Below are positions 37,718 to 52,669 of a stretch of 64,000 nucleotides of DNA, piece after piece. The position numbers and the translations under genes are program-made. The notes beneath the pieces are model-generated. The model had not been told where the DNA came from, made no database searches, and saw only the letters and a list, made by a program, of their open reading frames with translations. Source of the DNA: Macrostomum lignano (taxonomy: Eukaryota); the NCBI GenBank assembly GCA_002269645.1, contig NIVC01002848.1, forward strand, positions 71,727 to 135,726. Direction: 5' to 3'. Position 1 is the first letter of the stretch. Every line of letters starts with the position of its first letter.

Positions 37718-38219
37718 CTACAGCTGTAAAGAGAATAACCAACCGACCCGGTGTTCACTAAAAATCGAACATTTTACTCTTTGCACTTGTTTTCAAAGGC
37801 GTAGAAGCATTGTTGGCTACACCGAAATTCGATTAGTCAAATGCAGGGAACTAACGAGAAAACTGCAGCACAAAGTCCAGTAAAAGTGCATGCTATACAA
37901 GGCGCGCGCTGATCGGAAGACAATCAGGCAGCGCTCGCTCCCAAAAAAAAACTGTGCAAACCCGTTTGCGAAGTTTTCGCTGATTCTATTAGCGCCCGTC
38001 AGCTCTATTTTCGCAGCTTGTCACGGGCTGAGCAAAGGGAGCTCAGACTCATTAAATCAGCGAGTTCTGTACCTATCTATCCCCTTCTTCTCACCCATTC
38101 TTCATCGCGAAGCCCCACCCTCCCTGCAGCCTCCGCAATCTCTGCGTCGTCCACCCCCGCGGCGGTGCCTTATTCTCCAGAGGGTCTAATTAATGTGATT
38201 TGCATTCCGATGGGGTGGG

Positions 38220-39007
<788 letters not shown>

Positions 39008-39234
39008 CGAGGTTGAGCGAAAAAAAATTACTTCACAAATAGTTGAAAATTTGTGTACTTGAAAAAATTATAACCTTAAAATTCAAACTTTTTGCGCAGT
39101 TTATTTTGTTGGTCTTGCATTTGGAAAAACAATGTTTGGAAAATATGTGCTTAGAAAAATACTTTGTGCAGATTGGTGCGTATTAAAAATGCTGCTGCAG
39201 CTCTATGGAAAACATTCGCAAAATCTGTTTGTGT

Positions 39235-40170
39235 CCCAACCCCCAACCCCAGTCAGTTTGAGCCCCAACCCCCAACCCTAGTCAGTTTATTCCCCAACCC
39301 CCCAACCCCAGTCAGTTTGAGCCCCAACCCCCAACCCCAGTCAGTTTGAGCCCCAACCCCAGTCAGTTTGAGGCCCAACCCCAGTCAGTTAGTGCCCCAA
39401 CCTCCCAACCCCAGTCAGTTAGTGCCCCAACCCCAGTCAGTTTGAGGCCCAACCCCAGTCAGTTTGAGCCCCAACCCCAGTCAGTTAGTGCCCCAACCCC
39501 CAACCCCAGTCAGTTTGAGCCCCAACCCCAGTCAGTTAGTGCCCCAACCCCCAACCCCAGTCAGTTTGAGGCCCAACCCCAGTCAGTTTGAGCCCCAACC
39601 CCAGTCAGTTTGAGCCCCAACCCCCCAACCCCAGTCAGTTTGAGCCCCAACCTCCCAACCCCAGTCAGTTAGTGCCCCAACCCCTCAACCCCAGTCAGTT
39701 AGTGCCCCAACCTCCCAACCCCAGTCAGTTTGAGCCCCAACCTCCCAACCCCAGTCAGTTTGAGCCCCAACCCCCCAACCCCAGTCAGTTTGAGCCCCAA
39801 CCCCCCAACCCCAGTCAGTTTGAGCCCCAACCTCCCAACCCCAGTCAGTTTGAGCCCCAACCCCCCAACCCCAGTCAGTTAGTGCCCCAACCTCCCAACC
39901 CCAGTCAGTTAGTGCCCCAACCTCCCAACCCCAGTCAGTTTGAGCCCCAACCTCCCAACCCCAGTCAGTTTGAGCCCCAACCCCCCAACCCCAGTCAGTT
40001 TGAGCCCCAACCCCCAACCCCAGTCAGTTTGAGCCCCAACCTCCCAACCCCAGTCAGTTTGAGCCCCAACCCCCCAACCCCAGTCAGTTTGAGCCCCAAC
40101 CTCCCAACCCCAGTCAGTTTGAGCCCCAACCCCCCAACCCCAGTCAGATTGAGCCCCAACCCCCCAACCA
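39235..40170. repeat. C-rich minisatellite (cccaacccc-agtcagtttgag core)
   Basis: Tandem copies of variable unit length. Confidence 0.93.
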
Positions 40171-40394
40171 TAGTCAGTTGGTGCTCTTAATTATAATGCT
40201 TATAAAGATAAACGATCGATAGTCTATATAGCTAGATAATCTGGCAGGATCTACTCGTATATACGAACTTCAAGCAGTTTGTCTAGCAGTTTGTCATAGC
40301 AATGTATACATGCAAGCATGCATTCAGAAATTGGCATTGAGAAAATGCAGTGCGGAGAGTCTTCCATAGCTTACAGTGCTTTCACATCCGGCAG

Positions 40395-40523
40395 CTACCA
40401 CCAGGATTTGAACACGTCGCCCATAGCCAGAATTATAAATATTGTTATGGCCATGGCTATGCAGGTAATTATAGCGATGAAGATTTGAAATTTTGTCTCG
40501 CAGCAGCACTTCACCCAGGCCAT
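40395..40523 (-). CDS. Candidate 42-aa membrane microprotein
   Basis: MAWVKCCCETKFQIFIAIITCIAMAITIFIILAMGDVFKSWW*; aaacaATG start context and an upstream acceptor (cctgtag). Below the ORF-track cutoff. A competing plus-strand exon reading exists. Confidence 0.35.
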   Translation of the reverse strand: MAWVKCCCETKFQIFIAIITCIAMAITIFIILAMGDVFKSWW

Positions 40524-40749
40524 TGTTTGTGTTTATTTGGTTAGCAACTACAGGTGTAGCTATATTCGGTAACAAGTGAACAGGGGGATGGCAGATTTGC
40601 AAAGTCCACTCATATATGTTTCTTCCCATCCAATCTGAGCTCAGCAATTCGGCTGACCAATCGAAGGGATGCAGAGTAGCAGCTTAGCGATTAACACTCG
40701 TTCTGCTGTAGCACAAGTGCCACAGTACCCGGATCACATTAATTTGGGG

Positions 40750-41308
<559 letters not shown>

Positions 41309-41834
41309 AGTATCACTTCTGTAAAAGCAATCTCTGTATTAATTACGAGTATTTTATTATCGACTTCTATAACTTGACAAAAATATGGGAGAAAAGGCGT
41401 ATACATCATAGGAGAAGCTCTTTGCTTGAACGGGATGGGCTGTGAATCAAGCGAGGGAAACCTCGGAGAAGCATTGAGACTAATGGCATTCTGGACAGCA
41501 GGAAAGAAACCGTAGCCATGCAGGATGTAAAATTGATCCTGGGAAGTGAGTTGGCAAGAAAATCCCTTACTGCACTATTGCCGCTGCTGCTGTCTTAGTC
41601 AATACTTTTCTCTTACCTTAGCAGCTAGCTACGAACGATAGCTAAATACGATTAATACTTTTTCTATAGTCACTATTTTTCATGTCAGCCTCTATCAGCT
41701 GATCAGCTGCACCGCACTTAAGGTCTAATCGAATAGGCTATGTTACTATTATCTACAGTGTATTAATCAGCAAACCATTCCATAAATAAATAGTTTTAGC
41801 TCAAGGCTATTTAATAGCCTTGGTCACTTACAGT

Positions 41835-42415
41835 CCCTAGTCAACTAATCATGCTTATCAGTGTTCGTCACTCCCTTATCACTCCCCTGTCAACTAATCA
41901 TGCTTATCAGTGTTCGTCACTCCCTTATCACTCCCTAGTCAAATAATCATCCTTATCAGTGTTCGTCACTCCCTTATCACTCCCTAGTCAACTAATCATG
42001 CTTATCAGTGTTCGTCACTCCCTTATCACTCCCTAGTCAACTAATCATGCTTATCAGTGTTCGTCACTCCCTTATCACTCCCTAGTCAACTAATCATGCT
42101 TATCAGTGTTCGTCACTCCCTTATCACTCCCTAGTCAAATAATCATCCTTATCAGTGTTCGTCACTCCCTTATCACTCCCTAGTCAACTAATCATGCTTA
42201 TCAGTGTTCGTCACTCCCTTATCACTCCCTAGTCAACTAATCATGCTTATCAGTGTTCGTCACTCCCTTATCACTCCCTAGTCAAATAATCATCCTTATC
42301 AGTGTTCGTCACTCCCTTATCACTCCCTAGTCAACTAATCATGCTTATCAGTGTTCGTCACTTCCTTATCACTCCCTAGTCAACTAATCATGCTTATCAG
42401 TGTTCGTCACTCCCA
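41835..42415. repeat. 49-bp minisatellite upstream of the innexin
   Basis: ccctagtcaactaatcatgcttatcagtgttcgtcactcccttatcact, ~12 copies. Confidence 0.95.
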
Positions 42416-42778
42416 CTCCATGATTAATTATCTAATTACCGGATAAGTCCCGAATAATCTTCATCACTTCAAGTCTCGTGCCCCCGTCTGCGGGCCCAGC
42501 CTCAACAGCAGCTATAGCTAACCCATCTTGCGCATAGTCGGCAAACTTAGTCGCTTCCAATGTAGCAGAGTTTTAAGAGAGAAAAAACCAGATTCTAGTT
42601 ATGGAGACAAGAAAAAGGCAGACTCCCAAAGCCTGCACTCTGTCAGCTCGCTACCGAACTGCGCATTGTAGGGCACAGCCTACATGTATATAAATTCGAT
42701 ACCAAGGATAGAAAGCTTTGCAGCTTAGATAATTCAACCCTTTAATAATAAACTCCAATTCTATTATCTCCAACCACA

Positions 42779-45700
42779 ATGCTAGGCTTAGATTTTGTCG
42801 ATTTTGTGCAGAAATGGCAGATTTCAAATTACGTAAGCGTTGAAGATTTCGCGGACAAGTTTAATTCGCTGTTCAGCACCCTACTGCTGATCCTATGCGC
42901 GCTGATTATCTCCGCTAAGCAGTACGTCATGCAAGCCCTCAGCTGCAACTGTCCCAAAACTAATGCCGGAAAAACTATTGAGTACGTTGAGAACTTCTGC
43001 TGGGTCACCGGGACTTACGCGATTGGCGAGCACGAGGAACTGCCAGTAAAGGAAGCCGGGTGGAAGCTGTTTGAGTCCAGGCGGATCAGTGAGAAGTTTT
43101 TATGAGTTTATTTTTGCGCGTTCCTGTTGAGAACATTAGCAGGAAAAACGAGAGAGCAAGCCTCGATAGAGCATGAGAAACGTGAGAGCAAGTCTCGATG
43201 GAGCATGAGAAACGTGAGAGCAAGTCTCGATAGAGCATGAGAAACGTGAGAGCAAGTCTCGATGGAGCATGAGAAACGTGAGAGCAAGTCTCGATGGAGC
43301 ATGAGAAACGTGAGAGCAAGTCTCGATGGAGCATGAGAAACGTGAGAGCAAGTCTCGATGGAGCATGAGAAACGTGAGAGCAAGTCTCGATGGAGCATGA
43401 GAAACGTGAGAGCAAGTCTCGATGGAGCATGAGAAACGTGAGAGCAAGTCTCGATAGAGCATGAGAAACATGAGAGAAAGTCTTGATAGAGCATGAGAAA
43501 CGTGAGAGCAAGTCTCGATAGAGCATGAGAAACATAAGAGAAAGTCTCGTTAGAGCATGAGAAATTGAGAGCGTACACAACCGCCCCGAGCAAGACACTG
43601 CTCAGATTCTACTCAGCAAGTATTTTAACAAAAATGTAACAAAGACACAATCACACGCCAAATAAAACATTTCAGATTACTACCAATGGGTGCCATTCAT
43701 GCTAGGCCTACAATGCGTCATGTTCTATCTGCCGCATCTAATCTGGGTTGCTATAGTAACAAATCGACTTGGTTCAGACGCGCAATACCTAGTAACGGAA
43801 GCCGCTTCGGTTGCTAAGGAAACCAGCATTGATCGCCGCGATCAGGTGTTGAATCACCTGGCTAATTCGGTGCTGCACATGCAGACCGTACACCGGGAGT
43901 ACAGCGATGGCCGATTGGCCAAATTCCGTAGCAAGCTGGTCCGCCTAGCCGGAGTCTGCTTTCCCAGCAAGCGACTTGGCACGGCGCTGGTGTTTGCCTA
44001 CCTGCTTGTCAAGCTGCTGTACCTGGCTAACTGCTTCGGTCAGCTGTTCCTAATGCACAGCTTCCTCGGCCTTGGCGGGCATCATTTGGCGGTTACTAAC
44101 CGTACCGCTGGAAGCTTGAATACCGCTGCCCGTCCCGGCTTGCTCGCCGAGATGCTGGGCTGGGACCTGGTGGCTGCCGTAGCCAGCGGGCGCGACTGGC
44201 ACTCTGGCATGTTCCCGAGGTCCACCCTGTGCCGAGTCAGACTGCTCAGCGTCGGTCACGAGGTTCTGGTGTGCCAGTGCGCACTGCCGGTCAATATGCT
44301 CAATGAAAAGGTAGAGCAAGGGGGATTGTGGAGTGGATGTTTTTACATTGAGCCCTTCTAGAGACCCTGACACTCTTTAGGAAGACCCTGACACTCTTCA
44401 GGAGACCCTGACACTCTTTAGGGAGACCCTGACACTCTTCTAGAGACCCTAACACTCTTCAGGAGACCCTGACACTCTTCAGGGGACCCTGACAGTCTTC
44501 AAAAGACCCTGACACCCTTCTAGAGACCCTGACACTCTTCAGGAGACCCTGACAGTCTTCAAGAGACCCTGACACCATTCTAGAGACCCTGACACTCTTT
44601 AGGAAGACCCTGACACTCTTTAGGGAGACCCTGACACTCTTCTAGAGACCCTGACACTCTTCAAGAGACCCTGACACTCTTCAGGAGACCCTGACAATCT
44701 TCTAGAGACCCTGACACTCTTCAGGAGACCCTGACACTCTTCAGGGGATCCTGACAGTCTTCAAGAGACCCTGACACCCTTCTAGAGACCCTGACACTCT
44801 TCAGGAGACCCTGACACTCTTCAGGAGACCCTGACACTCTTCAGGGGACCCTGACACTCTTCAGGAGACCCTGACACTCTTCAGGGGATCCTGACAGTCT
44901 TCAAGAGACCCTGACACTCTTCAGGAGACCCTGACACTCTTCAGGGGACCCTGACAGTCTTCAAGAGACCCTGACACTCTTAAAGAGACCCTGACACTCT
45001 TCAAGAGACCCTGACACCCTTCTAGAGACCCTGACACACTAGAGACCCTGACACACTAGACAGCCCGACACCCTAGAGACCCTGACACCCTAAAGACCCT
45101 GACACGCTTTTAGGGACCAAAAAAGACCTACAAGAGTTCCTGACACATTTCTGACTGAATTTGAGCATGAATAAGCACACAGCAACCCTGCAGAACTTAT
45201 ATAAATTAATCAATCAATTAAAACAAACTAAATTGTTATGGAACAAAATGGGCAAAAGCTAGTGTCTCAATAGATTATTAATACGTCACAGATCCAAGCC
45301 CGAAAGCATTTAAAACTGCACTACATCAGTTCAAAGCTTTAGTGCGAATGTTATTTTTAATTTAAAAACTGGATCCCCAGTTTTTTCTTTTGTTTAAGTC
45401 TGCTATCTCAGCAAACCACCAAATGAAAGCTGAAACTGTGCGAAATTATGCTGACTCGGCAAAATTTTAGCAAAGTTTTTTGCAAGTAGCTCGCTACCAA
45501 AATCTTTTTCATTTCTGCAACATCAGGGGTCTGATTACTGGTTTGCTATCCAGTTTTTGCGTCTGCTTTTGTCGCTCAAGAAAAGAATCCGAACATTTTT
45601 CTTTCCGTGGAGCTCGGCATTGACTTTGAATACAGCAGTGTGAAAGTTTTACATCCAAAACGGCAGAGGGAGAGACAGAGGGAGAGACAGAGGGAGAGAC

Positions 45701-48700
45701 AGAGGGAGAGACAGAGGGAGAGACAGAGGGAGAGACAGAGGGAGAGACAGAGGGAGAAGGAGAGGGAGACACAGAGGGAGAGACAGAGGGAGACACAGAG
45801 GGAGAGACGGAGGGAGAGACAGAGGGAGAGACAGAGGGAGAGACCGAGGGAGAGACAGAGGGAGAGACAGAGGGAGAGACAGAGGGAGAGACAGAGGGAG
45901 AGACAATGAGAGATAGAGGGAGAGACAGAGGGAGAGACAGAGGGAGAGACAATGAGAGATAGAGGGAGAGACAGAGGGAGAGACCGAGGGAGAGACAGAG
46001 GGAGAGACAGAGGGAGAGACAGAGGGAGAGACGGAGGAAGAGCCAGAGGGAGACACAGAGGGAGAGACAGAGGGAGACACAGAGGGAGAGACGGAGGGAG
46101 AGCCAGAGAAAGAGACAGAGGGAGAGAGAGAGGGAGAGACAGAGGGAGAGACAGTGAGACACGGAGGGAGAGACAGAGGGAGAGACAGAGGGAGAGACAG
46201 AGGGAGAGACAGAGGGAGAGACAGAGGGAGAGACAGGGAGAGACGGAGGGAGAAACAAAGGGAGAGGGAGAGACAGAGGGAGAGACAGAGGGAGAGACAG
46301 AGGGAGAGACAGAGGGAGAGACGGAGGGAGAGACAGAGGGAGAGACAGAGGGAGACACAGAGGGAGAGACGGAGGGAGAACCAGAGGGAGAGACAGAGGG
46401 AGAGACCGAGGGAGAGACAGAGGGAGAGACAGAGGGAGAGACAGAGGGAGAGACAGAGGGAGAGACCGAGGGAGAGACAGAGGGAGAGACAGAGGGAGAG
46501 ACAATGAGAGATAGAGGGAGAGACAGAAAGAGAGACAGAGGGAGAGACAGAGGGAGAGACAGAGGGAGAGACGGAGGAAGAGCCAGAGGGAGACACAGAG
46601 GGAGAGACAGAGGGAGACACAGAGGGAGAGACAGAGGGAGAGACAGAGGGAGAGACAATGAGAGATAGAGGGAGAGACAGAGGGAGAGACAGAGGGAGAG
46701 ACAGAGGGAGAGACAGAGGGAGAGACAGAGGGAGAGACGGAGGGAGAGACAGAGGGAGAGACGGAGGGAGAGCCAGAGGGAGAGACAGAGGGAGAGACAG
46801 AGGGAGAGACAATGAGAGATAGAGGGAGAGACAGAGGGAGAGACAGAGGGGGACAGAGGGAGAGACAGAGGGAGAGACGGAGGGAGAAACAGAGGGAGAG
46901 ACAGAGGGAGAGACCGAGGGAGAGACAGAGGGAGAGACAGAGGGAGAGACAATGAGAGATAGAGGGAGAGACAGAGGGAGAGACAGAGGGAGAGACAGAG
47001 GGAGAGACAGAGGGAGAGACGGAGGAAGAGCCAGAGGGAGAGACAGAGGGAGAGACAGAGGGAGAGACCGAGGGAGAGACAGAGGGAGAGACAGAGGGAG
47101 AGACAATGAGAGATAGAGGGAGAGACAGAGGGAGTGACAGAGGGAGAGACAGAGGGAGAGACAGAGGGAGAGACGGAGGAAGAGCCAGAGGGAGACACAG
47201 AGGGAGAGACAGAGGGAGACACAGAGGGAGAGACGGAGGGAGAGCCAGAGGAAGAGACAGAGGGAGAGACAGAGGGAGAGACAGAGGGAGAGACAGTGAG
47301 AGATAGAGGGAGAGACAGAGGGAGAGACAGAGGGAGAGACCGAGGGAGAGACAGAGGGAGAGACAGAGGGAGAGACAGGGAGAGACGGAGGGAGAAACAA
47401 AGGGAGAGGAAGAGACAGAGGGAGAGACAGAGGGAGAGACAGAGGGAGAGACAGAGGGAGAGACGGAGGGAGAGACGGAGGGAGAGACAGAGGGAGACAC
47501 AGAGGGAGAGACGGAGGGAGAACCAGAGGGAGAGACAGAGGGAGAGACAGTGAGAGAGACAGAGGGAGAGACAGTGAGAGACAGAGGGAGAGACAGAGGG
47601 AGACACAGAGGGAGAGACGGAGGGAGAGACAGAGGGAGAGACAGAGGGAGAGACAGAGGGAGAGACCGAGGGAGAGACAGAGGGAGAGACAGAGGGAGAC
47701 ACAGAGGGAGAGACGGAGGGAGAACCAGAGGGAGAGACAATGAGAGATAGAGGGAGAGACAGAGGGAGAGACAGAGGGGGACAGAGGGAGAGACAGAGGG
47801 AGAGACAGAGGGAGAGACAGAGGGAGAGACAGGGAGAGACGGAGGGAGACACAGAGGGAGAGACAGAGGGAGAGACAGAGGGAGAGACAGAGGGAGAGAC
47901 GGAGGGAGAGCCAGAGGGAGAGACAGAGGGAGAGACAGAGGGAGAGACGGAGGGAGAGCCAGAGGGAGAGACAGAGGGAGAGACAGAGGGAGAGACAGAG
48001 GGAGACACAGTGGGAGAGACGGAGGGAGAGACAGAGAGAGACAGAGGGAGAGACAGAGGGAGAGACAGAGGGAGAGACAGAGGGAGAGACAGAGGGAGAG
48101 ACAGAGGGAGAGACAGAGGGAGAGACCGAGGGAGAGACAGAGGGAGAGACAGAGGGAGAGACAATGAGAGATAAAGGGAGAGACAGAGGGAGAGACAGAG
48201 GGAGAGACAGAGGGAGAGACAGAGGGAGAGACGGAGGAAGAGCCAGAGGGAGACACAGAGGGAGAGACAGAGGGAGACACAGAGGGAGAGACGGAGGGAG
48301 AGCCAGAGGAAGAGACAGAGGGAGAGACAGAGGGAGAGACAGAGGGAGAGACAGTGAGAGATAGAGGGAGAGACAGAGGGAGAGACAGAGGGAGAGACAG
48401 AGGGAGAGACAGAGGGAGAGACAGAGGGAGAGACAGGGAGAGACGGAGGGAGACACAGAGGGAGAGACAGAGGGAGAGACAGAGGGAGAGACAGAGGGAG
48501 AGACGGAGGGAGAGCCAGAGGGAGAGACAGAGGGAGAGACAGAGGGAGAGACGGAGGGAGAGCCAGAGGGAGAGACAGAGGGAGAGACAGAGGGAGAGAC
48601 AGAGGGAGACACAGTGGGAGAGACGGAGGGAGAGACAGAGAGAGACAGAGGGAGAGACAGAGGGAGAGACAGAGGGAGAGACAGAGGGAGAGACAGAGGG

Positions 48701-51700
48701 AGAGACAGAGGGAGAGACAGAGGGAGACAGAGGGAGAGACAGAGGGAGAGACAGAGGGAGAGACAGAGAGAGACAGAGAGAGACAGAGGGAGAGACAGAG
48801 AGAGAGACAGGGAGAGACAGAGGGAGAGACAGAGGGAGAGACAGAGGGAGAGACAGAGAGAGACAGAGGGAGAGACAGAGGGAGAGACAGAGAGAGACAG
48901 AGGGAGAGACAGAGAGAGAGACAGGGAGAGACGGAGGGAGAGCCAGAGGGAGAGACAGAGGGAGAGACAGAGGGAGAGACGGAGGGAGAGCCAGAGGGAG
49001 AGACAGAGGGAGAGACAGAGAGAGAGACAGAGGGAGACACAGAGGGAGAGACAGAGGGAGAGCCAGAGGGAGAGACAGAGGGAGAGACAGAGGGAGAGAC
49101 AGAGGGAGACACAGTGGGAGAGACGGAGGGAGAGACAGAGAGAGACAGAGGGAGAGACAGAGGGAGAGACAGAGGGAGAGACAGAGGGAGAGACAGAGGG
49201 AGAGACAGAGGGAGAGACAGAGGGAGACAGAGGGAGAGACAGAGGGAGAGACAGAGGGAGAGACAGAGAGAGACAGAGAGAGACAGAGGGAGAGACAGAG
49301 AGAGAGACAGGGAGAGACAGAGGGAGAGACAGAGGGAGAGACAGAGGGAGAGACAGAGAGAGACAGAGGGAGAGACAGAGGGAGAGACAGAGAGAGACAG
49401 AGGGAGAGACAGAGAGAGAGACAGGGAGAGACGGAGGGAGAGCCAGAGGGAGAGACAGAGGGAGAGACAGAGGGAGAGACGGAGGGAGAGCCAGAGGGAG
49501 AGACAGAGGGAGAGACAGAGAGAGAGACAGAGGGAGACACAGAGGGAGAGACAGAGGGAGAGCCAGAGGGAGAGACAGAGGGAGAGACAGAGGGAGAGAC
49601 AGAGGGAGACACAGTGGGAGAGACGGAGGGAGAGACAGAGAGAGACAGAGGGAGAGACAGAGGGAGAGACAGAGGGAGAGACAGAGGGAGAGACAGAGGG
49701 AGAGACAGAGGGAGAGACAGAGAGAGACAGAGGGAGAGACAGAGGGAGAGACAGAGGGAGAGACAGAGAGAGAGACAGGGAGAGACAGAGGGAGAGACAG
49801 AGGGAGAGACAGAGGGAGAGACAGAGAGAGAGACAGAGGGAGAGACAGAGGGAGAGACAGAGAGAGACAGAGGGAGAGACAGAGAGAGAGACAGGGAGAG
49901 ACGGAGGGAGAGCCAGAGGGAGAGACAGAGGGAGAGACAGAGGGAGAGACCTAGGGAGAGCCAGAGGGAGAGACAGAGGGAGAGACAGAGGGAGAGACAG
50001 AGGGAGACACAGAGGGAGAGACAGAGGGAGAGACAGAGGGAGAGACAGAGGGAGAGACGGAGGGAGAGACAGAGGGAGAGACCGAGGGAGAGACAGAGGG
50101 AGAGACAGAGGGAGAGACAGAGGGAGAGACAGAGGGAGAGACGGAGGGAGAGCCAGAGGGAGAAACAAAGGGAGAGGGAGAGACGGAGGGAGAGCCAGAG
50201 GGAGAGACCGAGGGAGAGACAGAGGGAGAGACAGAGGGAGAGACAGAGGGAGAGACGGATGGAGAGCCAGGCGGAGAGACAGAGGGAGAGACAGAGGGAG
50301 AGGGAGAGACGGAGGGAGAGCCAGAGGGAGAGACAGAGGGAGAGACAGAGGGAGAGACGGAGGGAGAGCCAGAGGGAGAGACAGAGGGAGAGACAGAGGG
50401 AGAGACAGAGGGAGAGACAGAGAGAGACAGAGGGAGAGACAGAGGGAGAGACAGAGGGAGAGACAGAGAGAGACAGAGGGAGAGACAGAGGGAGAGACAG
50501 AGGGAGAGACAGAGAGAGACAGAGAGAGACAGAGGGAGAGACAGAGAGAGAGACAGGGAGAGACAGAGGGAGAGACAGAGGGAGAGACAGAGGGAGAGAC
50601 AGAGAGAGAGACAGAGGGAGAGACAGAGGGAGAGACAGAGAGAGACAGAGGGAGAGACAGAGGGAGAGACAGAGGGAGAGACAGAGAGAGACAGAGGGAG
50701 AGACAGAGGGAGAGACAGAGGGAGAGACAGAGGGAGAGACAGAGGGAGAGACAGAGGGAGAGACAGAGGGAGAGACAGAGGGAGAGACAGAGGGAGAGAC
50801 GGAGGGAGAGCCAGAGGGAGAAACAAAGGGAGAGGAGAGACGGAGGGAGAGCAGAGGGAGAGACAGAGGGAGAGACAGAGGGAGAGACAGAGGGAGAGAC
50901 AGAGGGAGAGACGGAGGGAGAGCCAGAGGGAGAAACAAAGGGAGAGGAGAGACGGAGGGAGAGCAGAGGGAGAGACAGAGGGAGAGACAGAGGGAGAGAC
51001 AGAGGGAGAGACAGAGGGAGAGACGGATGGAGAGCCAGAGGGAGAGACAGAGGGAGAGACAGAGAGAGACAGAGGGAGAGACAGAGAGAGACAGAGAGAG
51101 ACAGAGGGAGAGACAGAGAGAGAGACAGGGAGAGACAGAGGGAGAGACAGAGGGAGAGACCGAGGGAGAGACAGAGGGAGAGACAGAGGGAGAGACAGAG
51201 GGAGAGACAGAGGGAGAGACGGAGGGAGAGCCAGAGGGAGAAACAAAGGGAGAGGGAGAGACGGAGGGAGAGCCAGAGGGAGAGACAGAGGGAGAGACAG
51301 AGGGAGAGACAGAGGGAGAGACAGAGGGAGAGACGGAGGGAGAGCCAGAGGGAGAAACAAAGGGAGAGGGAGAGACGGAGGGAGAGCCAGAGGGAGAGAC
51401 CGAGGGAGAGACAGAGGGAGAGACAGTGGGAGAGACAGAGGGAGAGACGGATGGAGAGCCAGAGGGAGAGACAGAGGGAGAGACAGAGAGAGACAGAGGG
51501 AGAGACAGAGAGAGACAGAGAGAGACAGAGGGAGAGACAGAGAGAGAGACAGGGAGAGACAGAGGGAGAGACAGAGGGAGAGACAGAGGGAGAGACAGAG
51601 GGAGAGACAGAGGGAGAGACAGAGGGAGAGACAGGCGGAGAGACAGAGGGAGAGACAGGGAGAGACAATGAGAGATAGAGGGAGAGACAGAGTGAGAGAC

Positions 51701-52485
51701 AGGCAGAGAGACAGAGGGAGAGACAGAGGGAGAGAGGGGGATCGAGACAGAGGGAGAGACAGAGGGAGAGACAGAGGGGGACAGAGGGAGAAACAGAGGG
51801 AGAGAGAGGGAGAGACAGAGGGAGAAACAAAGGGAGAGGGAGAGACAGAGGGAGAGACAGAGGGAGAGACAGAGGGGGACAGAGGGAGAGACAGAGGGAG
51901 AGACAGAGGGAGAGACAGAGGGAGTGACAGAGGGAGAGACAGAGGGAGACAGAGTGAGTTTCAGAATAGCAGAAGCAGGTAGCGGGAATCATGCTCAGAG
52001 GCCATCAACCCCAAGCCAGATGACAAACGCCGCCCCCGCAGGTGTACATGATGCTGTGGCTGTGGACCCTGGCGGCAGCCTTCATCACGGTGCTCTCCGT
52101 GCCAGTCTGGTTTGCCAGAGTCGGCCTCCGAGTCAGCAGAATTCGCTTCATCCGACGCCAGCTGCTGCTGTCCCAGACTCCAATAATGACTGGCCATGAA
52201 TATCGGTCAGCCAGCACTGGCAAACCCAGATTAGTCGCAGATAAGTGCAACTTTGCCAAGATGGCCAAAGACATGGTGGACAACCTGCTGCACGCTGACG
52301 GCGTGTTCCTGTTCAAGATGATGCAGCTGAATGCAGGCGACGTCGCCGCGGGCCAAGTGCTGCGTCGGCTGTACGAGAACTGGAAGCATCAGCTGGCCGA
52401 CACGCCGGCAGAGAAGTTGACGATAAGTGAGCCTGGCCAGGAGAAACCGCCGAAAACTTCGGAGAAGAACTTAGTAGTAGTGTGA
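42779..52485 (+). CDS. inx: Innexin (gap-junction protein), 3 exons, 462 aa
   Basis: Exons 42779-43088, 43676-44310 and 52042-52485 splice in frame; signatures VEDFADKFN, KQYV, N|YYQWVPF, FPRSTLC and LPVNMLNEK|VYMMLWLW. Confidence 0.95.
43150..43570. repeat. 32-bp minisatellite in innexin intron 1
   Basis: gagcatgagaaacgtgagagcaagtctcgatg repeated. Confidence 0.95.
44360..45110. repeat. ~21-bp minisatellite in innexin intron 2
   Basis: gagaccctgacactcttcagg repeated. Confidence 0.93.
45662..51955. repeat. 6.3-kb purine-rich satellite, 12-bp core gagggagagaca, in innexin intron 2
   Basis: Direct reading; recurring variant blocks indicate higher-order duplication. Confidence 0.97.
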
Positions 52486-52669
52486 ACTTGTTGACGTTAG
52501 CAACGGGTCCAAAGTTTTTTTTTAAAGTTTACTTTGGATACAGTGGTTGAAACCAAAAACTGAATGTTGAAGACTTTAAAAACTACCAGTTGAAAGTTGC
52601 TAAAATAAGTTTTTGTTTTGTCCAGTATTCAAGGTATATCGACCGTTGCTATGGCCAGGTTATGATCAA

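Noticed and set aside
45509-51992. ORFs of 400-2100 aa (SLPL/RERQ/ETEG)
   Set aside because: Stop-free translations of the 12-bp satellite inside the innexin intron.
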